From: Basidiobolus meristosporus CBS 931.73
Taxonomy: Eukaryota > Fungi > Basidiobolomycota
Length of the DNA stretch: 64,000 nt
Reading direction: 5' to 3'
NCBI GenBank assembly: GCA_002104905.1
Contig: MCFE01000271.1
Location: 42,169-106,168 of the forward strand
Shown piece by piece: positions 13,080-25,658 of the stretch (positions are counted from its first letter, which is position 1; the number at the start of each line of letters is the position of its first letter). The position numbers and the translations under genes are program-made. Below the pieces are notes generated by a model. The model saw only the letters and a program-made list of their open reading frames with translations. It ran no database searches and was not told the DNA's origin.

Positions 13080-16000
13080 TAAATAAATATCCGTCTTCTT
13101 ATTAAAGCCCCCTCCCCCCCTAGGTAAATATACCATTATCATACATCTATATTCTCTACTACATGACCCCTAACCCCGTAGCCAATTGGGCACCCAACGT
13201 GGGGGGAAGTCATACTTTATTAACTAAAGACGACCTTTTTACATATCGAAATGGACAGAGAACAAAAATTGATCTCCATCCAAGCTTTTGTGGGCATGCC
13301 CAGGAAGATGCTATTGCACGGCTGCATGAGTGTAAACTCAGCTAAAAGGTGAACAGATGGAATATGGCAGATCTTCCTATCATTGCTCGATTCTATATGA
13401 AAGATCTAGCAGTCACTTGGTATGGGCCACACAAAGCTACCTTAATTGACTGGGATCACTTCAAAACACAATTTAAGCAGAAATTTGTCACGGCCCAAAT
13501 TGCTTCCTAGCATCAAGAATCTGAATACGTACAATAACAAAAGCACTCAACTTATGAGATTGCCACTAAATACCTATACTTAGCAACTTGTCCAGAATAC
13601 ACTGATAACAGAGAAAAGATTCAGATCTTTCTTGATGTACTCAATTGTTGTATCTGAGTGGAAGTCAGAAAACTTAAACCAGCTACCTTAGATGAAGCAA
13701 TCTCTCACATAGAGAAGAACAGTACATAATTGAAATGAATAATGAGATCAACAATAACCCTGAGCAATTAGCTAACAAAGATATGGACTGGCTGGCTACT
13801 AGATTGCAGCAACTAGAGTTGAATTTTCTGACAGCACACATTGTTTGCACAAGGAAATTTCTACCTCAGCTCATTGGTGAGAAAGCAAATGATTTAGATC
13901 CTGGAGTACAGAATATAATTCAAAATTGCCACCATTACAAGTAGATATCTAATGATATCCCAATGAGCCACAAATCTTGGAACTGAACCTAATATCATTG
14001 TACTGGAAGACATTTTGAGCATAGTACATAAACATCCAGTAAGAGAATCAGTGAAATCTCCTACTCACAAGAGATATCACTCTGAAGAAGGCCACAATGC
14101 TATACACAACATGAATCTAGACTTGATCATTTTCTTAATTAATGTAGATGGACTCCAAGAAGTCATAGTATCCATCTGCAATCTATTGCAATTACCAACT
14201 ATCCAGTAAGGTCATGATCAATATGTTGCTGAGAACAACCATGTTGAGAGCTATAAGGTTACCTGTCAGCCTATACCTTGACAAAAAGCAAGTTTCCCAG
14301 TAGGAGGCCAGATACATTAAGTATCAGCAAATACATGCGTAAATTGTAGTATCACACTGGCAAAATACCTCAAGGATAAAAACCTCCAAGCCAGTAGCAC
14401 AATAGTAAGATGTGTCAAAGGTTTTGTTTGACAAGAAGTTATAAGCACCTATATAATGTAACAAGCTCAGGCTAAGGTCCAGGTCTATTCTCTTCCTATA
14501 TATCTGGTAGTAGCAGAACAAGCTCAATATAATCTTTTATTAGGAATAGATTGGGTTGGTAAACATCTGATAAGGCTAGACTCTAAAGCATATGCAATGG
14601 ACTTCCACACTAGCAGTGGCCATACTGGGATCTCCATAAATTGTTACCAATATCTACTCATAAGCTCAGTGCTTAAAGAGGATCAGATATCTCTAGTTTC
14701 CCTAAAAAACACCAGAAAACTAGAACAGGATTCCTAAAAAAAACCCCAAGAAAATGCCAGCAGAGCACTGTGAGCAGACCAACAGATACATTTAGCAGGA
14801 GGGTACTAGGCTAATTAGAGTTCATGCCAAATTTGGCTATTGGATGCTCACTACTTCCACCAAGAATTGCAACTGTGAATTTGAAGGAAAAGCAACAGCC
14901 AAATACTATTAGAATACCATTACAATATCAGCTGAGTACCAGCTGATAATCTGATGATTTTTCATTTGGATGGGAGCTATAGCCTGGCTGCTATCTATCT
15001 ATGATAAGATGTTATTTGCAAGAGTTTTCAGACATCTTTGCAGATTAACTCAAGGAACACAGATAGGTAGAAGAGGTAAAACACTATACCAATACATGAA
15101 ACCAATTATTACTTTGGCAATCCCACTGTTGAGTTTGAGAAAAATGATTGCTTATTTCAAGAGCAATGGGAAAGGATCCAGCAAGAAGCCGTAATTCCAT
15201 CTATGCCCCCTTGGGCTTCCCTGGCCATGCTAACTGAGGAAAAGGAAGGAACAAAATGCTTTTAAGTAGACTATCAAAGGTCAAGTGCAATCACCCAGAA
15301 GGATGCCTACCCACTACCTAAAAATGCAGAACTATTAGATGCACCAGTACCGGTGTAGTGGGGTGACAGTGACACCCACTGACAGATGTGCTCATTCCCT
15401 TATTTTCTACTTCCCTATATCTCTACTACACTTATTTTAGTTTTATCCCATTTGTCTTACCCAATCAGTACTATCCCATAAGCTGGTTGACTATCACACC
15501 TGCTTACCTTATTGCATAAGTTACCCCTCACTTTATGTAAGATTACTAGCTATAAGTACTTCTATATTAGGCAAGTACCCGCGCCAGTACCTGTGACACA
15601 TGATCAACCCATGTCACCATCCCTACCATTTCCATACCATATGGTATCCCCATGTTACACAGGTTTCAGAATACTGATTCCTGATTGGTTGGATGTGCTG
15701 TGCCTCTTAGAACCTTCTGGCACCTACTTAGAACATTCTTAGGTCATTCTGATGTCATTAAGATTTCTATTGATATCCGGAACCTTCTGGAACACCATGA
15801 TTAGTAATAACTTAGCCAGTAAGAAAAGTATATAAGGGAGGCTATCCCTTAACAATAAATCATCATCCCTTTTATCAATATACCAACTTGTTGATTAGTG
15901 TGATCACTGCTACCTGCTGCTACCTGAACTTCCAACCCTAGACCACAGGACACTCCCAGGAAACCGCGCTGACAGCCAACTGACCTTGGAGGCACTACTT

Positions 16001-18070
16001 GTGAGGAATACTCAGAGTAGGTATCTTTTATTATATTTGATTCTTTCCCAAGTTTGTTCTTGTACAGGCAAAGATACTTTTCTGTCTTTGTAACTATTGA
16101 CCACAGCTGCATTCTTATCAAGTCCCTGCTGGTGGAGTTTACAGTTGTTTTGACTTTGGAAGCTTTAGTACATTGTCATCTCAAAGGACGCTGAACCCAG
16201 CACATACTTTTGTTAAGATGCCAACTAAGTTGGGGATTGTAGCTCAATAGTTTTCCCTTGACAAGCTTGTGGCTTTATTCCCCTTCACATTAGATTAGAG
16301 ACAGAACCCAAGTATTCCTAGCAAGCTTTTGCCAGAGGTTATCACACCCAGTGAACACCCCACACACAAAACACTTGAGAAGCGTTGGACGTATCTCTCC
16401 CTTGGACCTATACACCACCACACCGGTTAAATACTATTCCACTCTTGAAGATGGCTCAGGCTACTTGCAGAAAATGATGGAACCAAGTTGCCAAGAAAAG
16501 ACAGTTTTTGTAACTAAACAGAGATTATTTGAGTTTATAGTCATGCCCATTGGTCTCACCAATGCCCTGGCAATATTGCAACAGATAATGGACCACATTA
16601 TTCAGGATCAGCTGCAAAATTATGTGCTCATCTCTATAGATTATTTCACAATCTATCCAAGATTATGGAGGAACTGCAGTGCCATCTATAACAAGTACTT
16701 AATATTTTACAGTGTGTACTGGTAGAACTCATTCAGAATGAATGCATTCTTTTGCAGGATAGACTATAGTATCTTAGGCATGTAATATCCAACAAAATGT
16801 TGGAAACTGAACTGGCCAAGGTGGATATGTACATAAAAAAGCAACCTCCACCACTCAGTAAAGAGCTAGTTGCTTTTCTACAGCTGGTAGGCTGCTCCTA
16901 AAGCTTTATTAAAGATCTTGCAAAAATTGCTTACCTGCTTACCAACTTGACTAAGAGGGCCAACATACTAAAATTGGAATAGGCACAGGAAGATGCCCAC
17001 CAAAAACAAAAATAACCTCTGGTAGTAGTACTTATGCACTAATCCCCAGCTTATGACCAAGAATCTTGGCTCACAAGTAATGCCACCAAAGAAGAGCTTG
17101 ATGTACTCTATCCCAGCCAAATAGACATGACAGGAGAGAATGTGTAATAAGATATGCTGGTTGTACTGAGCAAGGTTCTGAGAGAAGCTATTGCAGCTCA
17201 CACCTGTATGGCCTAGCCATTATTTGGGTGATAATACAGTCCCAGCATTGCATATAGTGACAATATATCAGGTTGCTTACAGACTACCAAGTTTTATGAG
17301 TATAATAGAGCATGTCAAGCCCAGTGAGTAGAGTCGTCAGATGGACCATGACTTGCACAGAATATTCATTCCTATATATCACAAAGGAGGAAAAGGAACC
17401 CACAGATGCCCTGTTGAAATTAGCAGGCATCTCCAAAGCTCCTTTAGAGATATATCAAATTATGCAAATTAGGTATACTTGAGAGTTGACTGTTCTAGAT
17501 CATAATGCAGTATTGGAACTCCTACAGACTGAGGTCCCAGATGCCTGAGCTGTTGGTATTTTTATCATTATATCATTGTGGTAAGAGATCCTGCTTCTTT
17601 GGCTTCCTGGATGCTTCAAGTGTCTCCAAAGGCATCTGTATGCTCCTGTACACTACCTTGAGAAGCACCTTTATGGCAAGCCTAGATATTACTGCCAGAA
17701 GTAGGTGCAGTGACCAACTGCCAATCAATAAGCAAAGAGTGCAGCTGATGCAAGGTAAGGATTACTGATGAGTGATTATATTCCTGGTAAACTTTTCCAG
17801 CTTAATAAGTACTACTAATGACATGGCTCTGGAATATTCTGTGGGTTACTAGAAATCTTGATAACAGTGTAATGTGATAAAAATGATCCAACAATATGCT
17901 GGAAGGCTCTAAGTGGTGCATTACAGCCATCTAATAAGGTACCACAGATCCAAATCTGCTATAATAACTTCTCATTAGAGTCCCCTTGCCCTGGGCAAAT
18001 ATGCCACTATCCTACACATTGATTCTTTATTATGTAGCACCTAGCCCTGTAGCCAATTGGCCACCAATAC
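13080..18070 (+). mobile_element. Degenerate Ty3/Gypsy LTR retrotransposon (gag-protease-RT-RNaseH relics, many stops and frameshifts, no integrase seen); boundaries approximate
   Basis: Gag-like EVRKLKPATLDEAI (~13660), protease-like LLLGIDWVGKH (~14540), RT VDYQ...KDAYPLP (~15270-15320), FEFIVMPIGLTNA and a mutated YxDD (ISIDY, ~16630), RNaseH-like relics (~17050-17410). Diverged direct repeats at ~13085-13199 and ~17960-18070 (GTAGCCAATTGG core) fit LTR ends. Strong CpG depletion. Confidence 0.85.
15354..16422. mobile_element. 1069-bp solo-LTR-like insertion nested in the Gypsy RT
   Basis: Starts TGTAGTGG and ends CCACCACA (imperfect terminal inverted repeat, TG...CA). Flanked by the 4-bp duplication CCGG (15350-15353 and 16423-16426). 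Removing it restores RT frame LLDAPVPVKYYSTLEDGSGYLQ. Confidence 0.8.
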
Positions 18071-18808
18071 AATATCAAATATTGTGACTATCTCAAATCC
18101 ATGTACTCCAAGCCAGATGCTCATTTAAGAATGCAGGTGCCACTAGCAGCCCTTTGAACCAATTTGAAAAATTCCTGTTTATCAAGTTGGAAGTTAATAC
18201 CGTAAAACAAATTGTTTACAAAAAAAAAGAAACCATAATTTAGAATTGAATGCACTGACATAAAGCAATACACCATCATAAAAAAGACTGCCAATTATTG
18301 AAACCTGTAGCTCCAATAAGCTTTTTTGCCGGTCATAAAATGCTGATCTTAGTCCTTACAAGAGGCCCAAACTGATAAACACATTTCAATCGCAACCATC
18401 GAATCCAGATGTACAGTTATTACTATAATTCTACAATTCATATTAAATTGACGATTAATATTACTTTTAATACTTGAATTTCTTCAATGGATAATATCAG
18501 GAAGAAGTCAGATGATCATGTCAAAATTAGCAATTGCACTCTAAGCTCTGATGCTTGTTGGAAGTACTATGCTTATGGAATCATTGCTGACATACAACGA
18601 AATCCACCTGGGTGGAGATGGTAGTCATCCAACAACTTGCATGGAATGCTAGCAAGGCTACGTGAACAGCTAAAATAAATGGTAACAAAGAAGTTCGAAT
18701 ATCAAGAGGTTGTCGTGAACCAGGCGTACAGGAAAGACCCACGCTACTCCAATTGGTCATCTACTTATCCACCAGCTCTATGAAGTACTACCAGCGATCA
18801 GAAAGATG

Positions 18809-21502
18809 TCAATGGGTGGTCTTCTCGCTGGTGTTGCCATTCTGAAGAAGGTTGATGGCATGGATGGCACGGACAGCGGTGCGCACTTTCTCAATGTTCG
18901 AGGTGACTCGAGTATTCAGCTCCTTCTCAATCTTTCGTGCCGATAGCTTTCTGCGACGAGTGGGTGTGGGCCAGAGCTTGGCGGTAAGCTCAAATGACCA
19001 AATGCGGAACATGAACACCTTGACAAAGTCGAGCACAACAAAGTACCCAAGTGAGATGGCAATCACACTGCATCCCCATCCCCAGCCAATTGCTGTAGTG
19101 AGCCCGGGAACGCCAAACACCGAGATCAGCATGGCAAACACCTGAGTGCCGAGAATAGCAATCGTGAACGTCCAGGACGGGAGGTTCTCCCAGAAGAAGC
19201 CGCTCAAACGAGTCGAGAAGATCACGAAATGAGGACATGACGAGATGTGTAGGTACATGATGGTACCAAGCTCGTCATTCGTCACGTTAAACACGTCCCG
19301 AGCAATGAAGAAGTGGGCAAACGAGGCCCCAGTAAGGAATACCGCCAACGTGAACGACATGGTGATCAGCTGTCCGATGCGCCACTTGTCCGGCTTGGCT
19401 GAGATTTGCGCGTTGTCCACGGAGATGACCAAGGTGGCGGCATCATTCAAGACCGCAATGAAGATCAGCAGGATGGCGTCGAGCTGCCATTGGAAGATGA
19501 TGGTCACAAAGAAGAAGAACAACAGGAAGTGGATGGTGGAGGTGATACGGTACAATGCGTATGATCTCATTCGCTGGAAGATCGCTCTGGACGTGGTGAT
19601 CCCGTCGACAATGGTGGAAAGACCGGGAGCGAGGAGTACAATGTCCGATGCTGAGCGTGCCGCGTCAGTGCACCCGTGGACTGCAATCCCTACGTTTGCC
19701 TTCTTCAGTGCTGGTGCATCGTTCACTCCATCCCCGGTCATTCCGACAAGCAACCCTTGCTCCTGAAGCAACTCGACCACCCTGTACTTGTGCTCCGGAA
19801 CAACCTGGGCAAACCCGTCCGCCTTCACACATCGGCGAACAATCTCTTCCTCGGGGACATCCGCCTCCACGAGCTTCTGCGCCTCGAGAATCGCCCTTTG
19901 CATTCCCAAACGCTGCGCCACCTCCTTCGCGATGATCAGCTGGTCGCCCGTGATCATCTTCACCGAAACCCCCATCTCGTGGCACCGAGCGATGGTCGCG
20001 GCGGAGTCTGGTCGAGGTGGGTCCAACAGTGAGATCATTCCAATCAGCTCCCACTGCTCGATGTCTCCATTGATCGTCCGTGCCACGCCCAGCGCACGCA
20101 GTCCACGTCGTGCCAGACTGTTGACAGCATGGATGGCATCATCGTTCCCACCAACTAGCTTGATGATCACCTGCGGCGCCCCCTTGGCTACCTTGAACAC
20201 CTCCCCTGTCTCCTCGTTCAGGATTGTTGCTTGGGTAAGTTTGGTGACCGGGTTGAACGGCAGGAACGAGGTGGTCTTGAACCCGGGAATCTTGGTTTCC
20301 TTCTCCCCAAGACTCTGCAGCGTGTCAAGTTGTGCTCTAGCGGCTGTACGGACTGCGTACTCGATCGGGTCGTTGGCCCCTTGCTCGGCCGCCATGTACG
20401 AGTACATCAGGATATCATCGCTGGTGTAGCCCTTGCACAGCCATGGCTCATCGAACGTGAGCTCATTCAGGGTGAGTGTGCCGGTCTTGTCGGAACAAAG
20501 CACTGACACGGATGCCATCTCCTCCACCGCAGTCAACCGCTTGACGATCACCTCCTTCTTCGCGAGCTGTTTGGCGCCCACTGCCATCGTCACCGACATC
20601 ACTGTTGGAAGTCCGACCGGAATGGCCGCCACCGTGAGTACCAGTACTTGGCGCAGAATATCGAGAACGTTGTGTCCCTTGTCCTTCACCATGAGAACGA
20701 TGAAGATGATCACCACAAGGAGAATCGTCACCAACACCAGGAAGTTACCAATACGGTTGATGATCTTCTGGAAGTGCCCTTGCTCGTTGGTGTTCGACAT
20801 CAGTGTGGCTGCCCGGCCGATGAAGGTATGCTCGCCCGTCTTCGTGACAACCCCCATCTGCTGTCCCTGCTTGACGATGGAGGATGAGTATGCCGTGGCT
20901 CCCTTCCCCTTGCTCACCGGAAGCGATTCTCCTGTCAACGCTGACTGGTCGATCTGGAGATTTCCCTCCACCGGCTCGCCGTGAACCCCGATCCCGAGAA
21001 GACGGCAATCCGCTGGGACGATATCCCCGAGTCGAAGGACAATCACATCCCCAGGAACCAGGTCAACAACATCAATCTCATTCAGCTCCCCGTCTCTCCA
21101 AACTCGCGTCTTCAGCGCAAGCGTGTTCTTCAGCGCGTCCAGTGCATTCTCCGCCTTCGACTCCTCGATGAATCCGATCGCCGCATTGATGAACAACAAG
21201 GCTCCGATGATTCCGAAGTTGGCCCAATCCTGGACAACCCCCGAGAGGATCCATGCGATCTCAATCAAGTACGCGATTGCTCCAGTGAAGTACCCAAGGA
21301 ACTTCAGGAACGGGTTTTTCTTCTTCTCCGACAATTCGTTCCGCCCAAACTGCTCCAAGCGCTGAGCAACTTCAGCGGAGGTGAGACCCTTGGCCGGATC
21401 GGTGTGGAGCAGGGCTTCAAGCTCAGGAGGGATCTCTTCTGCCATCTCCTGATGCTTGTGGTCTTCAAGCTCGACTTTGTTCTTTTCTTCTTCTACCGGC
21501 AT
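18809..21502 (-). CDS. PMA1: P-type IIIA plasma-membrane H+-ATPase, copy 1 (intronless)
   Basis: 897 aa with LTGES, IPVGLP, CSDKTGTLT phosphorylation motif, KGAPQ, DPPR, MITGD and MTGDGVNDAPALKKA. Confidence 0.97.
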   Translation of the reverse strand: MPVEEEKNKVELEDHKHQEMAEEIPPELEALLHTDPAKGLTSAEVAQRLEQFGRNELSEKKKNPFLKFLGYFTGAIAYLIEIAWILSGVVQDWANFGIIGALLFINAAIGFIEESKAENALDALKNTLALKTRVWRDGELNEIDVVDLVPGDVIVLRLGDIVPADCRLLGIGVHGEPVEGNLQIDQSALTGESLPVSKGKGATAYSSSIVKQGQQMGVVTKTGEHTFIGRAATLMSNTNEQGHFQKIINRIGNFLVLVTILLVVIIFIVLMVKDKGHNVLDILRQVLVLTVAAIPVGLPTVMSVTMAVGAKQLAKKEVIVKRLTAVEEMASVSVLCSDKTGTLTLNELTFDEPWLCKGYTSDDILMYSYMAAEQGANDPIEYAVRTAARAQLDTLQSLGEKETKIPGFKTTSFLPFNPVTKLTQATILNEETGEVFKVAKGAPQVIIKLVGGNDDAIHAVNSLARRGLRALGVARTINGDIEQWELIGMISLLDPPRPDSAATIARCHEMGVSVKMITGDQLIIAKEVAQRLGMQRAILEAQKLVEADVPEEEIVRRCVKADGFAQVVPEHKYRVVELLQEQGLLVGMTGDGVNDAPALKKANVGIAVHGCTDAARSASDIVLLAPGLSTIVDGITTSRAIFQRMRSYALYRITSTIHFLLFFFFVTIIFQWQLDAILLIFIAVLNDAATLVISVDNAQISAKPDKWRIGQLITMSFTLAVFLTGASFAHFFIARDVFNVTNDELGTIMYLHISSCPHFVIFSTRLSGFFWENLPSWTFTIAILGTQVFAMLISVFGVPGLTTAIGWGWGCSVIAISLGYFVVLDFVKVFMFRIWSFELTAKLWPTPTRRRKLSARKIEKELNTRVTSNIEKVRTAVRAIHAINLLQNGNTSEKTTH

Positions 21503-24500
21503 ATTACAAGCTTTCCAAGTCTCCTAGACTAATGAATCTTTTGGATGTCCCGGATAGTGGTAGATTGTAGAGTAACGAAAATGTGAATATTCAGAAACTT
21601 GGGATTGTATTATTCAGGTAGCTCCCTACGCCCTTTATATTGCCTTGAAGATGGTCACTCCACCCTATGAATGTGACGACTGATACATGATATGCTCAAA
21701 ATTTATGAACTGATATAATTCAATGAATTACAATCAGTCTTTTTAACTTCACCTAATTTAGCTACTTCTCGCTATTGCTCGTTATGAATATCTCTCGATT
21801 TGACTTTTACCGGATATGCTACCAACATATTGTTCATTTCTAGACTGAGTGGAATTCATGTTTTCCATTTGGTCGAAGGTTGCACAGACATTGTAGTCCT
21901 GCAGTACCTCCACAGGCCGTCCGAGATTACTTGAAAGTGGCACCCAAATATGGCCAAATATTCTGCCAATCTGAGCCATGAATTGAATTGCATTATTATA
22001 TTTTGGCAATAATTCTCAACAGTCTATATGTATGTCATCTATTTCCTGATGGATTATTCATTGTTCCGGGTTGGATTATCTAGACTGATATGTTTTCAAC
22101 TGGTCCGTTGGCGAGGATGTTCACTGTTATGTAGTGTCCTTTATGTGCACCAAATATTTTACCGGAAAGTATACTGTTTTATCAGAGCATCAAATCTAAG
22201 TATAGTATGTTATGCTCTAGAACTTACACTTGTTTCATGGTACTCACGATCATACACGATGGAGATCTCTGAGAACTCCAATCTGAGTATTCATGAATAT
22301 TACATAACGTTTGATTTATTAAACAAAATCGTTGAAGAGGAAACAACTTGGAATGTTGAAAATTACTAAATATAGTGATTTAATCATGCTACTGGTCTAT
22401 GTTTGCCTTATCCGTAATATTTCTTCCAATATGACTCTGGCACGCATCGCATGTCATGATGTTAAAGCAAGTGCAATCACTTCCACAGCTCGATAAAAGT
22501 CTAGGCCAAACCCTGGCAGAAATGAAGTTTGTGGTTGCAAATTCCGGATATATCCATGATATTGTTGCGATATTAGGTATAACCGTAGCAATCTTCGCAT
22601 CTTGAAAGAAAAGAGCGTCTGCTTAGTAGCGATAAGGGACTAGCTTTAAGGTTGTAAGCTTAATAAAATCCAAAGTTTCTTTAAGTTCTCGCGAATGAAA
22701 AGTTTTTATTTCTAGTGACTTTCTTCGGCGAATTGAGCTGGGCAGAACTAAATATCCGGTTGGTCAGAAAGAATGAATCAGCGACTTGATTCTCAGCTCA
22801 CAGATCCCCGGGCAGGTTAATATTCTCAGCAGCAAAGCCACAGACTCATGATCACTGAAACTAGAAAGTCGCACTAGTCGGCTATTCCTTATTCCTTTAC
22901 AAATCACTTCACGCAATGCGCTAACCTGAGTCATGGATATATGCTAAGGTTGACATCATTCAGTTAGTAATATTACTGTATGGCTTTTTGAACAGCTTTC
23001 GGATTGAGGATCTTTTCAAGTGCTCAATAACAAGTGCCATCCAAAGAATATAGTCACAAGCAATGGCCCATGTACATATATTCAAGCCAAGACCCACAAT
23101 ACAAGCGAGGGTATATTCAATCCATTATCAAGTATCGCAAACGTGGTATATTTTATACCTATAATAGGTAGTGGATCGATTGGATTTTACCTTAGCCTTC
23201 CTTTTACTCTGACTCAGTTTCGTCAGTATACTTGGTCCACTCGTGATATGCATATGCTTCACTATTGGAACAAACATTCCATAAGGGAGCACAAGGAGAT
23301 ATATCCAAATATCGCATGTTCCTGACTAATATACTGATGCTTCTAGACCCGAAAATTCTTGTCATTAATTTTGAACAGCTGGGTTGAAGTGGCGAGTTTA
23401 ATATAGTCATATGTATACTAGATATTGAAGATACGCTCCATGTGTCAAATCATGTGACAAATGAATGTATTTGCACATCGGGCACAGCCTTCACCAGTCA
23501 CAACAGATTACCAACGTCATAAGGAACTAGATGTAGTGGTCTGTACGACATTCAAGTCCCTTGACTCTGAACCAATGCATTGTTGCAAAAGGAACAGCTG
23601 GAAATTGCTGAAATATTGTTTAATATTATATCATATATGCGGCGTGCCTCAGAAGCAAGCGGATATGCCTACTACCAAATTCTCTAATATCAACTCTCGT
23701 GTCAATTGATCACCAAGTTGATCTCTACACCCTGAACTAAACACCCCTTCTACCTTCCATGCCAAACAGTTAGTCAAACCCAGACACTCGTGGATGCGAA
23801 ACTTGTCGGTTCCCAAATGTATGTATACATAATGACAGTCCTGGTAATCCTCTCGTCTATTTTAGAAACTAGGGCTTCACCTGGCCAAACCAATGATCAC
23901 TTACAACACAGGGCCATGTGGAGGCCTTTCTCATACCATGACCAAATTCAACTAGCATGAATTTTAGATTCGTTTAGATAACGTAAGTATATGTCCAATG
24001 AATAGGCACCTCAACGCCTTCGTTGTATTCCTGATTTAGATTAATCAATCCACATCTGTCGGCCATTCTCCGCCGAAAATTACTATATATCTATGCACAA
24101 TGTTCCATAAAGCTTCTGCAACCGGAATACCATATATCGAGCTATTCGGTTTGTATCATAACTAAACGTAGTATTCCGGATTATAGTCCTCGAAATCGCC
24201 ATGATGATCGATCTCAACATTTTTGTGCTTGCACATGACAATTCATTTCTCTACGGATTTGCCAGAGTATATATACATAGATGGCCTAATTCTGATATTC
24301 TACCAATGAATGCTCGAACTCTTAAGGATGGCCTTTGTTTGCTAGTCGGATCATTACTTGCCGTTCAGGGTAGCGGATTCTTATTACTAAATAAGAATAC
24401 TTGTGAATATGAAAGCAACCACAGTTGTCAGTAGGCATGTGGTATCTTGTGCTTCAAAGGTTTAACCATTCTTAACGGTTGACTCCACCATCATCATCAA

Positions 24501-25658
24501 TGGAGTCATATGGCATTGCACCTCAAAATTTTGATAACTGTTACATCATGGAGTGTGAGGCTCCAAATCACATTTGTGCTGTACAGTAGCTAGGTGTACG
24601 CCCAGAGCAAGAATTATCTGATTGACTGTTGTGGTATTAATTAATTTTAAGCACGAGGTTATTTCGAGCTTCTAATTTGTATAGCCGTTGATTTGCCGTT
24701 TTACGGTCGCCACAATTTGTTTGTGAATGCTACGGATCGCATTTTTCTTCAGGGTATATGTGAAGTTGGGTATCTGAATAAGGAAATAAGTCCTTGAAGT
24801 TTAGCCATTGGGATGCAGAGTTATCTAAGTAAACAGCCTGGCATTTAAGCTTATTTGATTGAAGGTTATTGCAACTTGACTGTTATTTTTGTTGAATATT
24901 CATTATTTCCCTAATGCGCAATGCAAGTTCTATGGATGGCTTGCTCCCTTGCCGTTTGATAGCGTTGATAACCCTTTCCGGCTTGCCAACCTGTTCACAT
25001 CAAAAAATCACAAGGCACTCCTGATGTAACAGTTGTGTTAAATGGAAGTTGACTTCCAAGAGGAACACGCTAAGAGGAGTCATCAACGGATGTAGATTGC
25101 CGAATTTGCCTACCAAAATGTTAATACTAATTAGGCTCCGGCAGGGTAAATAATGGTAGATTAATATGGATCTAGTAAGTATGAAAAGCTTTATCACGTA
25201 CGGTTTTCAATCATGCAAATTTGCCATCCAACGATTGTGCAACCGCTTCCCTATAATCTATTCGATTCCAGCATACCAATGCACGTAAGTCGAATGATGA
25301 ATCGAATTCAATAAGTGATAGATAATTTGACGCCGTTTGCAATATGGAGTGATGGGAAAACCATGCTGGAGAGAAGAACCAAAAGGGTGACCAACTAGAT
25401 CTAAATAGATCTCATCTAATTTCCTCATATATTTGAGATCCTGAGTATTGTAAAGGAGAGTACGCAAAACGGTTTGATGCAAAGTACAGCGACATCGATA
25501 CATCCCAAAATATCTGGCCTTAGCAGGTATAAAAGTACATTCTCCAGCCCGAATTTGAATGTACTCAGTTATTTCCTCTCAGCATCTGAAAATCTACCTT
25601 TCCTAAGGTACTAACACTAACCCTAGCCTATACCAAGCATTCTTATACGTGTAAAACC

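Noticed and set aside
13187-13206. TGGGCACCCAACGTGGGGG resembling a tRNA-Lys primer-binding site
   Set aside because: Most of it aligns to the end of the putative 3' LTR (TGGCCACCAATAC, ~18058), so it may be LTR sequence. The PBS cannot be assigned.
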